This document shows, piece after piece, positions 9,506 to 18,513 of a stretch of DNA of 64,000 nt. The DNA is taken from positions 20,074-84,073 of the forward strand of contig JAAYKD010000157.1 of the NCBI GenBank assembly GCA_012522585.1, in the 5' to 3' direction. The stretch is from Bacillota bacterium (GTDB lineage Bacteria; Bacillota; JAAYKD01). The notes beneath the pieces are model-generated. The model was given only the letters and a program-made list of their open reading frames with translations. It was not told the origin of the DNA and did not search any database. Within the stretch, counting starts at the first letter, position 1; the number at the start of each line of letters is the position of its first letter. A program made the translations under genes and the position numbers.

Positions 9506-10093
9506 ATGGATATAAGATCTAATTTAGTGCCCATGGTTGTAGAACAAACCAGTCGTGGTGAGAGAGCCTACGATATTTTTTCCCGCATGTTAAAAGATAG
9601 AATTGTCTTTTTAAACGGTGAAATAAACATGTATAGTGTCAATCTTTTGATTGCTCAGCTTTTATTTTTGGAAGCTGAGGATCCAGAGAAGGACATAAAT
9701 ATTTATATCAATTCGCCAGGTGGGGAAGTATATTCCGGCATGGCCCTCTACGATACCATTCAATATATTAAAGCGCCTGTTAACACCATTTGTGTGGGTT
9801 TGGCAGCCTCTATGGCAGCGGTTATACTGGCTTCCGGTCAAAAACGCTTGGCCTTACCCCATTCTCGAATTATGATTCATCAGCCTTTGGGCGGAGCTTC
9901 CGGCCAGGCAGCTGATATTCAGATTCAGGCCGAGGAAATTTTACGAGTGCGCAATATGCTCAACGAAGTCTTGGTCAAACACACAGGCCAATCTTTGGAA
10001 GTTATCGAAAAGAGAACCGACAGAGATAATTATTTCTCAGCTGAAGAAGCTAAAGAGTTTGGCTTAATCGATGAGGTTTTTGGCAAACGCTAA
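9506..10093 (+). CDS. clpP: ATP-dependent Clp protease proteolytic subunit
   Basis: Catalytic Ser (GLAASMAA), His (MIHQP) and Asp (RDNYFSA) are all present, with strong overall similarity to ClpP. Confidence 0.9.
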   Translation: MDIRSNLVPMVVEQTSRGERAYDIFSRMLKDRIVFLNGEINMYSVNLLIAQLLFLEAEDPEKDINIYINSPGGEVYSGMALYDTIQYIKAPVNTICVGLAASMAAVILASGQKRLALPHSRIMIHQPLGGASGQAADIQIQAEEILRVRNMLNEVLVKHTGQSLEVIEKRTDRDNYFSAEEAKEFGLIDEVFGKR

Positions 10094-10127
10094 CTCAATG
10101 AAGTATAGGGAATGCACAGCATTCGTC

Positions 10128-10173
10128 AAGACAGGTCTGGCCTATCACTAAAGGGATAGGCCAGACCTGTCCC
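10128..10173 (+). terminator. Intrinsic terminator after clpP (17-bp perfect stem)
   Basis: gacaggtctggcctatc-actaaagg-gataggccagacctgtc, followed by a U-rich tail. Confidence 0.6.
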
Positions 10174-10449
10174 TTTATCCTCATTGCAGTCGTATTTCGT
10201 GTTAATGGACTTGCTATATCTCCTTGTAGTCGTGTTTCACTCTAGTGAAATAGTAAAGTTGATCGTTGTTTTATTATAGTAACAAGCTAGTGAGTTCTTA
10301 TGATTCCCTTCGTCTTATTGTAGCTGTATTTTAAGCAAGTAAAACAAAAAGGTCACAAGATCATGGTGCTGCAGCTACTCATGATTCCCTTTCGCTGATG
10401 GGAAAGTCACTTGCACAAAAAACAAAGGTTAAAAAATATAATATAGTTT

Positions 10450-10487
10450 GAGCAGAAGTTTTTAAAAACTTCTGCTCGTTTTTTTGA
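10450..10487 (+). terminator. Intrinsic terminator inside the 750-bp non-coding region
   Basis: Hairpin agcagaagt-ttttaaaa-acttctgct followed by cgttttttt. Confidence 0.65.
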
Positions 10488-10841
10488 ATTCAAAATATAT
10501 TATCTGATTGTTGCGAAACTCAAATTTTTGATTTAGCCTTGGTTTTTCCGATTACAAAATCCGGATTTTATTTAAGATGAGCCAGTGCTTTTTATAGAAC
10601 AAGCTACTCTTCTTTTAGTAAATTATTCGTGGCAAAGCTTAAAATAATTGAGCCGAAGCAAAAGTTTAAACATTTTGGTTTTGAATAGATTTTTTAAAAA
10701 TTCAACTCTCTTTCCTTTGGCTTTTCTAATTTTGGAAAAAATATCCTGAGTAAAGATAAAAACCAGGGAGAGTTTAAAGGATTTCAGCTTGAAAATAGGG
10801 AATAAAGGCAGAGAATAAAAGTTAAATTAGGAGGATCAACC

Positions 10842-11597
10842 ATGCATAAAAGATTACAGAAATTGAGAATCGGTCCAACCTTTATTGAATACACAAAATA
10901 CCAACATCAATTGGAACATAGCGATCAAATGCAATTTTTACCTCAGCCAGAGCTGACGGATCCAACCCCAACGGATTTACCTCTTTTCGATTTACCCAAG
11001 CCGGATCAATTGAACATCGGAGAAATTGATTTGACTAAGGCGATTAATCAAAGGGTCAGTGTGCGTAAATATACTGATCAAAAATTCAGTTTAGAAGAAT
11101 TGTCCTATTTACTTTGGACGACTCAGGGTATCAGAGAAATAACCGACCGACCGGCAACTTTGAGAACGGTTCCCTCAGCAGGCTCAAGGCATTCTTTTGA
11201 GACCTACCTTCTGATCAACCGAGTTGAAACTCTCAAGCCGGGCCTTTACAAATACTGTGCTTTGGATCATAAATTGGCTTTGCTCAGTGACGCCCCCAGT
11301 TTAGCGGACGAACTGACCGACATCTGTCATCGTCAGGGCATGGTGCGAAATTCCGCAGTCACGTTTTTCTGGGCTGCCGAAATTTACAGAAATGTCTGGC
11401 GCTATCAGGAAAGAGCTTATCGTTATGTTCACCTTGATGCCGGCCATGTCTGTCAAAATCTTTATTTAGCCTGCGAAGCCATAGCTTCAGGTTGTTGCGG
11501 CATTGCAGCTTTCGACGATGACCGGCTCAGTGAAGTTCTTCAAATCGATGGGGTCAATCGTTTCCCTGTCTATGTAGCCACTGTTGGTAAAAAATAA
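10842..11597 (+). CDS. SagB/ThcOx-type dehydrogenase (nitroreductase superfamily), with no partner genes nearby
   Basis: SagB-type dehydrogenase motif RTVPSAGSRHSFETYL (P-S-A-G-x-x-x-x-x-E-x-Y) in a 251-aa nitroreductase-fold protein. A good RBS (AGGAGG) precedes the start. Confidence 0.6.
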   Translation: MHKRLQKLRIGPTFIEYTKYQHQLEHSDQMQFLPQPELTDPTPTDLPLFDLPKPDQLNIGEIDLTKAINQRVSVRKYTDQKFSLEELSYLLWTTQGIREITDRPATLRTVPSAGSRHSFETYLLINRVETLKPGLYKYCALDHKLALLSDAPSLADELTDICHRQGMVRNSAVTFFWAAEIYRNVWRYQERAYRYVHLDAGHVCQNLYLACEAIASGCCGIAAFDDDRLSEVLQIDGVNRFPVYVATVGKK

Positions 11598-11794
11598 GAA
11601 TTTGAACCTAAGCTAGAAGCTGGATCATAAATTATTCTAGAGTTTTCCAGGCAGTTCATTTACTTATTAGTTGAGAATCTATTAAGCCTTGAAGTCTTAG
11701 AGAATTAATAGTTGTTTGTTATATTCCCAGATCTTGCACTTACTAGCCTAGGAAGAAACATCTATTTAGAAAATAATTACAAGGAATGTAAAAA

Positions 11795-13348
11795 ATGGAA
11801 CAGATGGAACTGTTTGAGCGTGAGCTCCAACTTTTATTGGACATTCTTCCCGAAGAATTGCTGGTTCATTTACCCAAGGAAGAAATGTTCGATTTAATTG
11901 AAATAGTCTTGGATTTAGGAAGAATTCCTCAAGCTCGTTATTCCAATCATTTTAGATTTTTAGGTGAAAGCCCTGTGAATCACGAGGAATTGGAAAGAAT
12001 AGTCCAGCACTTGGGCCCTTTTGGTGACGACAATCGCACTGGTATCGAGCGGACCTTGCACCGAATTTCTGCTATTCGCAACCGAGTCGGCGATATAGTC
12101 GGTTTGACTTTGCGGGTAGGTAGAGCATTATACGGCACAATTGAGCCTTTAAGAGATGTGGTTGCTCAAAATCGCAGCATTCTTCTTTTAGGTAAACCTG
12201 GCGTAGGCAAAACCACTATGCTCAGAGAAATGGCTAGAGTTTTAGCAGATGAAATGGAGAAAAGAGTCGTCATCGTCGATACTTCCAATGAAATTGGCGG
12301 TGACGGTGATATTCCTCATCCCGGCATAGGTTACGCCAGGCGCATGCAAGTGCCCAAGGTTACCCAACAACACGCAGTCATGATTGAAGCGGTAGAGAAT
12401 CATATGCCAGAAGTAGTGGTTATTGATGAAATTGGAACAGCGGAAGAAGCTGCTGCAGCTAGAACCATTGCTGAAAGAGGTGTCATGCTGATTGCTACGG
12501 CTCATGGTATAACTTTGCAAAATCTGATTCAGAATCCAACCCTCTCTGATATTGTTGGAGGTATTCAGACGGTTACTTTGAGCGATGAAGAAGCTCGCAG
12601 GAGAGGTACTCAAAAATCCGTTTTAGAAAGAAAAGAAACCCCGACTTTCGATATTTTAATAGAGATCTTCAGTCGTGAGACCCTCTATGTTCACCAAGAT
12701 GTGGCAGCTACAGTTGATCTGGTTTTGCGCGGACTTGAGGCTACTCCGGAGATTCGGGCCAAAGACCAAGAGGGCAATTGGGCGATTAAACAGGAGAGTC
12801 AGATTCAAGAGCAACGGGAGGATTTGGCAGTCTTAGATCACGGAACGAACTTGGAGAAAACATCTCGGTTTGTCAGTGTGATCAGTCTCTATCCTTATGC
12901 CGTAAATCGCAATCAAATTGAGAAAGCAATAAAAAACCATAAATTACCCATTCAAATCAGTAGGGATGTCAGCAACAGTGACGTCTTTATGACCTTAAAA
13001 TCCCAATTGCGTCGACTTCCTGAGAGGCTGAAAGAAGCCCATCAATACGGTGTGCCGGTCATAACGATTAGAGCAAATACCAGAGTTCAAATCGAGAATG
13101 CTTTAAAAGATCTGGTTCGTCGCAGACCGGAAGGTAAAAACCCCAAGGACAGAGCTTCAAATTGGATTGATCCTTTAGAGGAAGCGGAATTGGCAGTTGA
13201 GAAAGCGATGAATACTCATAAATCCGTAGAACTGCAGCCCCAAGACTCTTATACCAGACGTTTGCAACATGAGCTGGCTGAACAATATCGTCTCAGGTCT
13301 CGTTCTATCGGTTCTGAGCCCTATCGAAGAGTTGTCATTTTTCCCTAG
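11795..13348 (+). CDS. SpoIIIAA-like AAA ATPase with a C-terminal R3H nucleic-acid-binding domain (Ycf45 family)
   Basis: Walker A GKPGVGKTT and Walker B VVVIDEIG, with a C-terminal R3H motif (YTRRLQHELAEQY). Confidence 0.6.
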   Translation: MEQMELFERELQLLLDILPEELLVHLPKEEMFDLIEIVLDLGRIPQARYSNHFRFLGESPVNHEELERIVQHLGPFGDDNRTGIERTLHRISAIRNRVGDIVGLTLRVGRALYGTIEPLRDVVAQNRSILLLGKPGVGKTTMLREMARVLADEMEKRVVIVDTSNEIGGDGDIPHPGIGYARRMQVPKVTQQHAVMIEAVENHMPEVVVIDEIGTAEEAAAARTIAERGVMLIATAHGITLQNLIQNPTLSDIVGGIQTVTLSDEEARRRGTQKSVLERKETPTFDILIEIFSRETLYVHQDVAATVDLVLRGLEATPEIRAKDQEGNWAIKQESQIQEQREDLAVLDHGTNLEKTSRFVSVISLYPYAVNRNQIEKAIKNHKLPIQISRDVSNSDVFMTLKSQLRRLPERLKEAHQYGVPVITIRANTRVQIENALKDLVRRRPEGKNPKDRASNWIDPLEEAELAVEKAMNTHKSVELQPQDSYTRRLQHELAEQYRLRSRSIGSEPYRRVVIFP

Positions 13349-13350
13349 TC

Positions 13351-13379
13351 TTGACGCTTAAAAACAAAGGATGTATAAT
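13351..13379 (+). promoter_or_regulatory. Sigma-A promoter (TTGACG-17 nt-TATAAT) for darA
   Basis: Consensus-like -35/-10 hexamers with a 17-nt spacer. Confidence 0.5.
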
Positions 13380-13421
13380 TAATATGGAAACTCCGCTATA
13401 AGTTAAAAGGAGGTTTTAGCT

Positions 13422-13751
13422 ATGAAAATGGTTATAGCTGTTATTCAAGATCAAGATGCCCACGAAGCAGCCGGTGCTCTAGTTGCAGCTGGTTTTCGTT
13501 CCACCCGCCTTTCTTCTACAGGTGGTTTTTTGCGTTCAGGAAATACAACCCTTTTAATCGGTGTTGAAGACGAAGAAGTTGATAAAGTTTGTGAGGTCAT
13601 TCGTGAAGTTTGTCAAGCCAGAAAACAAGTAGTCAACCCAATAACTCCTATGGCTTCCACATTGGATACATATTCTAGTTTCCCAGTTGAAGTAGTTGTC
13701 GGCGGAGCTATAATTTTTGTATTGGATGTTACCCGTTTTGAACGCGCCTAA
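13422..13751 (+). CDS. darA: PII-like cyclic-di-AMP receptor protein DarA (YaaQ)
   Basis: 109 aa with the PII-like motif STGGFLRSGNTTLLIGVEDE. Conserved position upstream of yaaR-holB. Confidence 0.8.
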   Translation: MKMVIAVIQDQDAHEAAGALVAAGFRSTRLSSTGGFLRSGNTTLLIGVEDEEVDKVCEVIREVCQARKQVVNPITPMASTLDTYSSFPVEVVVGGAIIFVLDVTRFERA

Positions 13752-14112
13752 GAGAAACCAAAATAAAACTTTAAACCAAGAACAGATAGATAAACTCTTC
13801 AGGGAAATAGAACTTTTGGGTGAGGAAATCATTGCCCACAGAAAAAAGGATGATTTTCGCTCTTTTTTAAGAGCAGTCCATACCTTGGCTGATTGGGCTG
13901 TACAGCCGGCAGACCAGGATGATCCGAATGGTTATCTAGAAGTTGACGCTTATGCACCGGTGCAAAGAAGAATTGTCGAAAGATCTTTGAACCGTCTAAA
14001 GAATTGTATTAACCAAACATCGGACAATAATTTCGAGCTGAGTGATTTAGTTGACACAACCCAAGGAGATTTAGCCAGGCTTGTTTCATTAAAAATCAAG
14101 AGCTCAAATTAA
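13717..14112 (+). CDS. YaaR-like (DUF327) protein; start codon uncertain
   Basis: Occupies the yaaR position between darA and holB. The ORF overlaps the darA 3' end by 35 nt, so the true start may be ATG 13726 or TTG 13738. Confidence 0.4.
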   Translation: MYWMLPVLNAPKRNQNKTLNQEQIDKLFREIELLGEEIIAHRKKDDFRSFLRAVHTLADWAVQPADQDDPNGYLEVDAYAPVQRRIVERSLNRLKNCINQTSDNNFELSDLVDTTQGDLARLVSLKIKSSN

Positions 14113-14130
14113 ATTAAAAATGTTTACAGC

Positions 14131-14197
14131 GCCATCTGTTTGTCAACGCTGTTCGAATGATTTTATCTTCGATGGCTTTGCGACAGATGGTTTTTTA
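14131..14197 (+). terminator. Structured intrinsic terminator between yaaR-like and holB
   Basis: ccatctgt...acagatgg enclosing a nested hairpin, followed by tttttt. Confidence 0.5.
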
Positions 14198-14211
14198 TAA
14201 GGGGTTATCTT

Positions 14212-15210
14212 ATGTGGTATGAAAACATAATCGGGCAAGAACAGGCCATTGAACATTTTCAAAGAGTGTTTAAAAACAATCGTTTAAATCATGCTTATAT
14301 CTTTCAAGGTGGAGAAGGTGTTGGTAAAAAAGAATTCTCCATCTATTTGAGTCAGGCAATTCTCTGCGATCAGGGCTTTGGCCTTGGCTGTGGAAAATGC
14401 TCGTCCTGTTTGCGGGTAAAAAATCAAACCCATCCTGATTTCATTTTGCTTGAGCCCCTTGAGCAGAGAAAGACCATCAGTATTGAGCAGATCAGGTCCT
14501 TGATTTCCCGACTGAGCAGACGTATTCACCAAGGCCGCAAGCGCTTGGTCATCATCAATCCTTTTGACGCAGTCACCGATCAAGGAGTAAATGCTTTTTT
14601 AAAGACTCTGGAAGAGCCTCCTGAAGATACTGTTTTTATTTTAATTAGCAGCAATCCCGTGGCAATCAGGGCGACCATCTTGAGTCGTTGCCAATTGATT
14701 CATTTTAGGGCGTTGACCAAAAAAGAAATGAAGGCGTTCCTTTTAGAAGAAACGGCTGATCTAAATCTTTTAAATTCCGCCATAGCTCTGGCAGCGGGAA
14801 ATAAAGAGCAGGCCTTGAGTTTTCTTCGTGATCAAGAGATGAGAAAAAATATTTCAGCAATCATCGACTGGTTTTTTCAGGAAGAGAATTGGAACCTGGA
14901 AGACAGAGGGAATTGGATAGATGCCAGAGAAAAAGACAATTGGAACTGGGAAGATTATCAGGTTTTTTGGCAGATTTGGTCCAGTATGTATCGGGACAGA
15001 CTGCTGATTGAACTGGGCTCCCAGTCGGATCAGTTAAATTATCCCGATTTGCGAGGGCGCTATGAAGCTATGAAGGCTAAGTCCATTTTGCAGCTCAATC
15101 GGCGTATACAAGAAATTCAAAAAGCCATCGGGCTTTTAAGTGTCAGACCTCCCCGTAATCCCATAGTTTTTGCGGAGGCAATATTAATGAATTGGAACGG
15201 TGAATCTTAA
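14212..15210 (+). CDS. holB: DNA polymerase III delta-prime subunit
   Basis: AAA+ clamp-loader fold with a Zn module (CGKCSSC). Conserved synteny. Confidence 0.85.
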   Translation: MWYENIIGQEQAIEHFQRVFKNNRLNHAYIFQGGEGVGKKEFSIYLSQAILCDQGFGLGCGKCSSCLRVKNQTHPDFILLEPLEQRKTISIEQIRSLISRLSRRIHQGRKRLVIINPFDAVTDQGVNAFLKTLEEPPEDTVFILISSNPVAIRATILSRCQLIHFRALTKKEMKAFLLEETADLNLLNSAIALAAGNKEQALSFLRDQEMRKNISAIIDWFFQEENWNLEDRGNWIDAREKDNWNWEDYQVFWQIWSSMYRDRLLIELGSQSDQLNYPDLRGRYEAMKAKSILQLNRRIQEIQKAIGLLSVRPPRNPIVFAEAILMNWNGES

Positions 15211-16013
15211 TGTCCATTGTTGTAGGAGTGCGCTTTAAAAGCGTAGGTAAAATATATTATTTTGACCCGTCATCTCTGAGTTTAGAGCGAGGTGACAGGG
15301 TTATAGTGGAAACCTCAAGAGGAATAGAATTAGGAGAACTGGTCTTGCCGGCCCGTCAGGTCGATACTTTGACCTCTCCTTTGAAACCGGTCTTGAGGAA
15401 AGCCACAGCTCACGATTTAGCAATTAGTGAAAGGCTAAAAAAGGAAGAAAAGGAAGCCTTGCTGATCTGCCAAGAAAAGATTGAGAATCACCGCTTGGAA
15501 ATGAAGCTGATCGATGTGGAGTATTCCTTTGATCGCAGTAAGCTTACTTTCTATTTCACTGCTGACGGGCGGGTTGATTTTCGCGAATTGGTTAAGGATT
15601 TAGCTTCGGTCTTTCATACTCGCATAGAATTGCGACAAATAGGTGTCAGGGATGAAGCTAAAGCTCTAGGCGGTTTAGGGCCCTGTGGTCGCAGCATCTG
15701 TTGTGCTACATTTTTAGGGGATTTTGTTCCGGTTTCAATTAAAATGGCCAAGGAGCAAAATTTGTCTCTAAATCCTGCTAAAATCTCAGGGATTTGTGGC
15801 AGGCTTCTCTGTTGTTTAAAATACGAATCCGATGATTATAGTTCAAAAAACACCGGTTACCCTAGGAAAAACAGTTTAGTAGAAACTCCCTTAGGGGAAG
15901 CTAAAGTTGTTTCGGTTCGGGCAAAGAAGGGAACTCTCAGAGTCCGACTTTTGGAAAGTGGCAAAGAGCAGGAATTTCCCTTGGAAGAGGTCGATTTACT
16001 GGAAAAGAATTGA
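15210..16013 (+). CDS. ricT: PSP1-domain protein RicT (YaaT)
   Basis: PSP1 C-terminal domain with a Cys cluster (CGRSICC...CGRLLCC). Confidence 0.85.
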   Translation: MSIVVGVRFKSVGKIYYFDPSSLSLERGDRVIVETSRGIELGELVLPARQVDTLTSPLKPVLRKATAHDLAISERLKKEEKEALLICQEKIENHRLEMKLIDVEYSFDRSKLTFYFTADGRVDFRELVKDLASVFHTRIELRQIGVRDEAKALGGLGPCGRSICCATFLGDFVPVSIKMAKEQNLSLNPAKISGICGRLLCCLKYESDDYSSKNTGYPRKNSLVETPLGEAKVVSVRAKKGTLRVRLLESGKEQEFPLEEVDLLEKN

Positions 16014-16037
16014 CCATACATTCTTTTAATAAAGGTT

Positions 16038-16823
16038 TTGAGGATTATGAACCAACTGAAGCAGAAATACCTAAGAGAAGATGAGCGTCTTGACCAATAT
16101 TATCAGAGCTCCAGTTTTATCATTCAAAAGCCCAGTGGCTTTAGGTTTAATACCGATTCGGTTCTTTTAGCTCAACTGGCTAGACTGAAAAAAGACGAGA
16201 GAGTCTGTGATTTCGGCAGCGGTACAGGCATTATACCTATTATTCTGGCCAATCGTCGCCTCGATTGCCGAATTATTGGCTTGGAAATTCAAAAGGATAT
16301 TGCTGAGATGGCGCAAAGATCGCTGTTTTTAAACAATTTACAAAGCAGAGTTTCGATTCTCCGCTGGGATGTTTTACAAGCTCCTTCTCTCTTGGGTTAT
16401 CAAACATGTAGTCTGGTCATTGCCAATCCACCCTATAGAACAATAGGTCAAGGCAGAGGCAGCAGTTCAAAAGGAAATCTGATAGCTCGTCATGCTCCCC
16501 AAGGAGCTCTCTCCGCTTGGATTGAAAGTGCAGCCCTTTGTCTGAAAAACAAAGGACGCTTAGCCATGATTTTACAGGCGGATAGATTAGCCGAGTTGAT
16601 CCAATTGTCCCAAGTCCACTCCTTGCAACCAAAGCGCATGATCCTAATTCATCCCAGTTTGAAAGAAAAACCCAATCTGGTTTTTTTAGAGAGCGTCAAG
16701 GGGGCCAATCCGGGCTTGGCTATAGAGCCGCCCTTGGCAATTTATGATGCAAAGGGCGAATATACACAAGAAGTAAAGAATATCTATCAGGGCAGGGGAA
16801 GGTTTGATGACTGCAAGAAATGA
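16038..16823 (+). CDS. tRNA1(Val) (adenine37-N6)-methyltransferase-like SAM methyltransferase (YabB/TrmN6 family)
   Basis: NPPY motif (IANPPYRT) and SAM-binding motif DFGSGTG. The track start is TTG 16038; ATG 16047 is an alternative. Confidence 0.7.
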   Translation: MRIMNQLKQKYLREDERLDQYYQSSSFIIQKPSGFRFNTDSVLLAQLARLKKDERVCDFGSGTGIIPIILANRRLDCRIIGLEIQKDIAEMAQRSLFLNNLQSRVSILRWDVLQAPSLLGYQTCSLVIANPPYRTIGQGRGSSSKGNLIARHAPQGALSAWIESAALCLKNKGRLAMILQADRLAELIQLSQVHSLQPKRMILIHPSLKEKPNLVFLESVKGANPGLAIEPPLAIYDAKGEYTQEVKNIYQGRGRFDDCKK

Positions 16824-17673
16824 GCCTCAAGAGCAGCTTTTTTTAGTGGCGACACCCATCGGTAATCTGAGGGATATAACCCTCAGAGCCTTGGATGTTT
16901 TCCGTCATGTTGATTATATAGCTGCTGAAGATACAAGAAGAACATATCAATTGTTGCAGGCTTATCATATCGATAAGCCTATTTTGTCTTACCACGAGCA
17001 CAATTATAAAAGGGCAGGGGAGAAAATATTCAAACTAATAGACGAAGGGAAAAAAGTAGCCTTAGTCAGCGACGCCGGTATGCCTTCTCTTTCTGACCCC
17101 GGCAGAGATTTAGTCCTTCAAGCTATTCAAAAAAATATAGCCTACACTGTGTTGCCCGGTGCCAGTGCCGGCCTGACCGCTTTGGTCTATTCAGGTTTGC
17201 CCATGGATAGTTATCTCTACCAGGGCTTTCTGCCGGTTAAAAAGAATCAGCGTCTAATAATTTTGCAACAGTTAGCCCAAGAGAAGCGAACTCTTGTTTT
17301 CTTTGAAGCCCCTCACCGTATTTTGACAACCCTAGATGATTTTGTTCAGGTTTTCGGCCCTGACCGCCATTGTGTTTTGGTTCGAGAATTGACAAAAATC
17401 TATGAAGAAGCTATTAGAGGCAGCTTAGAGCAGATTATCTCTGATTTGCAAAATCAGAATATTAGAGGAGAATTCGTCATTCTCTTATCCGGCTACCAAG
17501 AGGAGATAATAAGGCCCAGTGAGCAAGCGCTTGTTATTGAATTCTCAGATTTGATCGAATCAGGAAAATCAAAGAGTGATTCCATTGCCATGCTGGCTCA
17601 AAAGTATAAAATAAAAAAACAAGAATTATATTTACTTTTTCAAAAGGCTGATAAAACTGAAAAAGAGGGTTGA
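16804..17673 (+). CDS. rsmI: 16S rRNA (cytidine1402-2'-O)-methyltransferase
   Basis: Tetrapyrrole-methylase fold with the typical RsmI N-terminus (LFLVATPIGNLRDIT). Confidence 0.85.
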   Translation: MMTARNEPQEQLFLVATPIGNLRDITLRALDVFRHVDYIAAEDTRRTYQLLQAYHIDKPILSYHEHNYKRAGEKIFKLIDEGKKVALVSDAGMPSLSDPGRDLVLQAIQKNIAYTVLPGASAGLTALVYSGLPMDSYLYQGFLPVKKNQRLIILQQLAQEKRTLVFFEAPHRILTTLDDFVQVFGPDRHCVLVRELTKIYEEAIRGSLEQIISDLQNQNIRGEFVILLSGYQEEIIRPSEQALVIEFSDLIESGKSKSDSIAMLAQKYKIKKQELYLLFQKADKTEKEG

Positions 17674-17676
17674 TCG

Positions 17677-18486
17677 ATGAATAAATTTACAGAAAATCTT
17701 CCGAAAAAATACACAAAATCTATTTGGCGAGCGATCATGGAGTTTGATATGATCTCCCCGGGTGATCGCATTATGGTGGGTTTTTCAGGAGGCAAAGACT
17801 CAGCCTTTTTGCTCTATGCTTTAAAAGTTTTACAAAAACAAAATGTCTTGCCTTATGAATTAGCTGCTGTGACCATCGATCCTCAATTTGCAGGAAGCTC
17901 CCTGAAAGCTCATTTACATGAGCTTTGTCAGGAATTGGAAATTCCATATTACTATGAAGCTCTGCCGCAATTTGAAGAATTGATTTTTAATCAAGATAAA
18001 AGCCAAAATGCTTGTGCCCAATGTGCCTTTTTTCGCCGTGGAGCCATCAATAGATTGGCAGCCGAACATGGATATAATAAATTAGCTCTGGGCCATCACC
18101 ACGATGACGCCGTAGAGACTTTTTTAATGAGCATACTCCATTCCGGTCAGATTACCACTTTTTTGCCGGTTACCCCTCAGGACAGAAGTGGCATTACCGT
18201 GATCAGGCCCCTCATCTATTTACGGGAAAAGGAGATTTTAAAAGCTAAAGAATTTTTCCCTTACCAAGCAGTAGATTCCTGTTGTCCCTTAGATGGCAAT
18301 TCGACCAGAAGTAAAATAAAGGGTTTGATCAAAGAACTGAACTCTGAGAACAAATCCCTTTACAATAATTTAGGTGCGGCTATGAGAGTACCTAAAGACC
18401 GGGTAATTTTATGGCCTCCTGTCATGAAAAGAGAGGAAATGCGGGAAGCTTATTTGAAAAAAATGGCTTGGAAGAGAGAAAAATAA
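17677..18486 (+). CDS. ttcA: PP-loop ATPase, tRNA 2-thiocytidine synthetase TtcA family
   Basis: SGGKDS PP-loop plus CAQC and a later CC motif for a Fe-S cluster. Confidence 0.7.
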   Translation: MNKFTENLPKKYTKSIWRAIMEFDMISPGDRIMVGFSGGKDSAFLLYALKVLQKQNVLPYELAAVTIDPQFAGSSLKAHLHELCQELEIPYYYEALPQFEELIFNQDKSQNACAQCAFFRRGAINRLAAEHGYNKLALGHHHDDAVETFLMSILHSGQITTFLPVTPQDRSGITVIRPLIYLREKEILKAKEFFPYQAVDSCCPLDGNSTRSKIKGLIKELNSENKSLYNNLGAAMRVPKDRVILWPPVMKREEMREAYLKKMAWKREK

Positions 18487-18513
18487 AGATTGAATCAAAG
18501 GAGGATTTTTCAG

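Noticed and set aside
12242-12613. 123-aa minus-strand ORF inside the R3H-ATPase gene (similar antisense ORFs occur in larA, dinG, dnaX, ABC-F, alaS, glyQS and pheT)
   Set aside because: These are embedded antisense ORFs with no RBS and no recognisable domain, in a genome with about 98% plus-strand coding.
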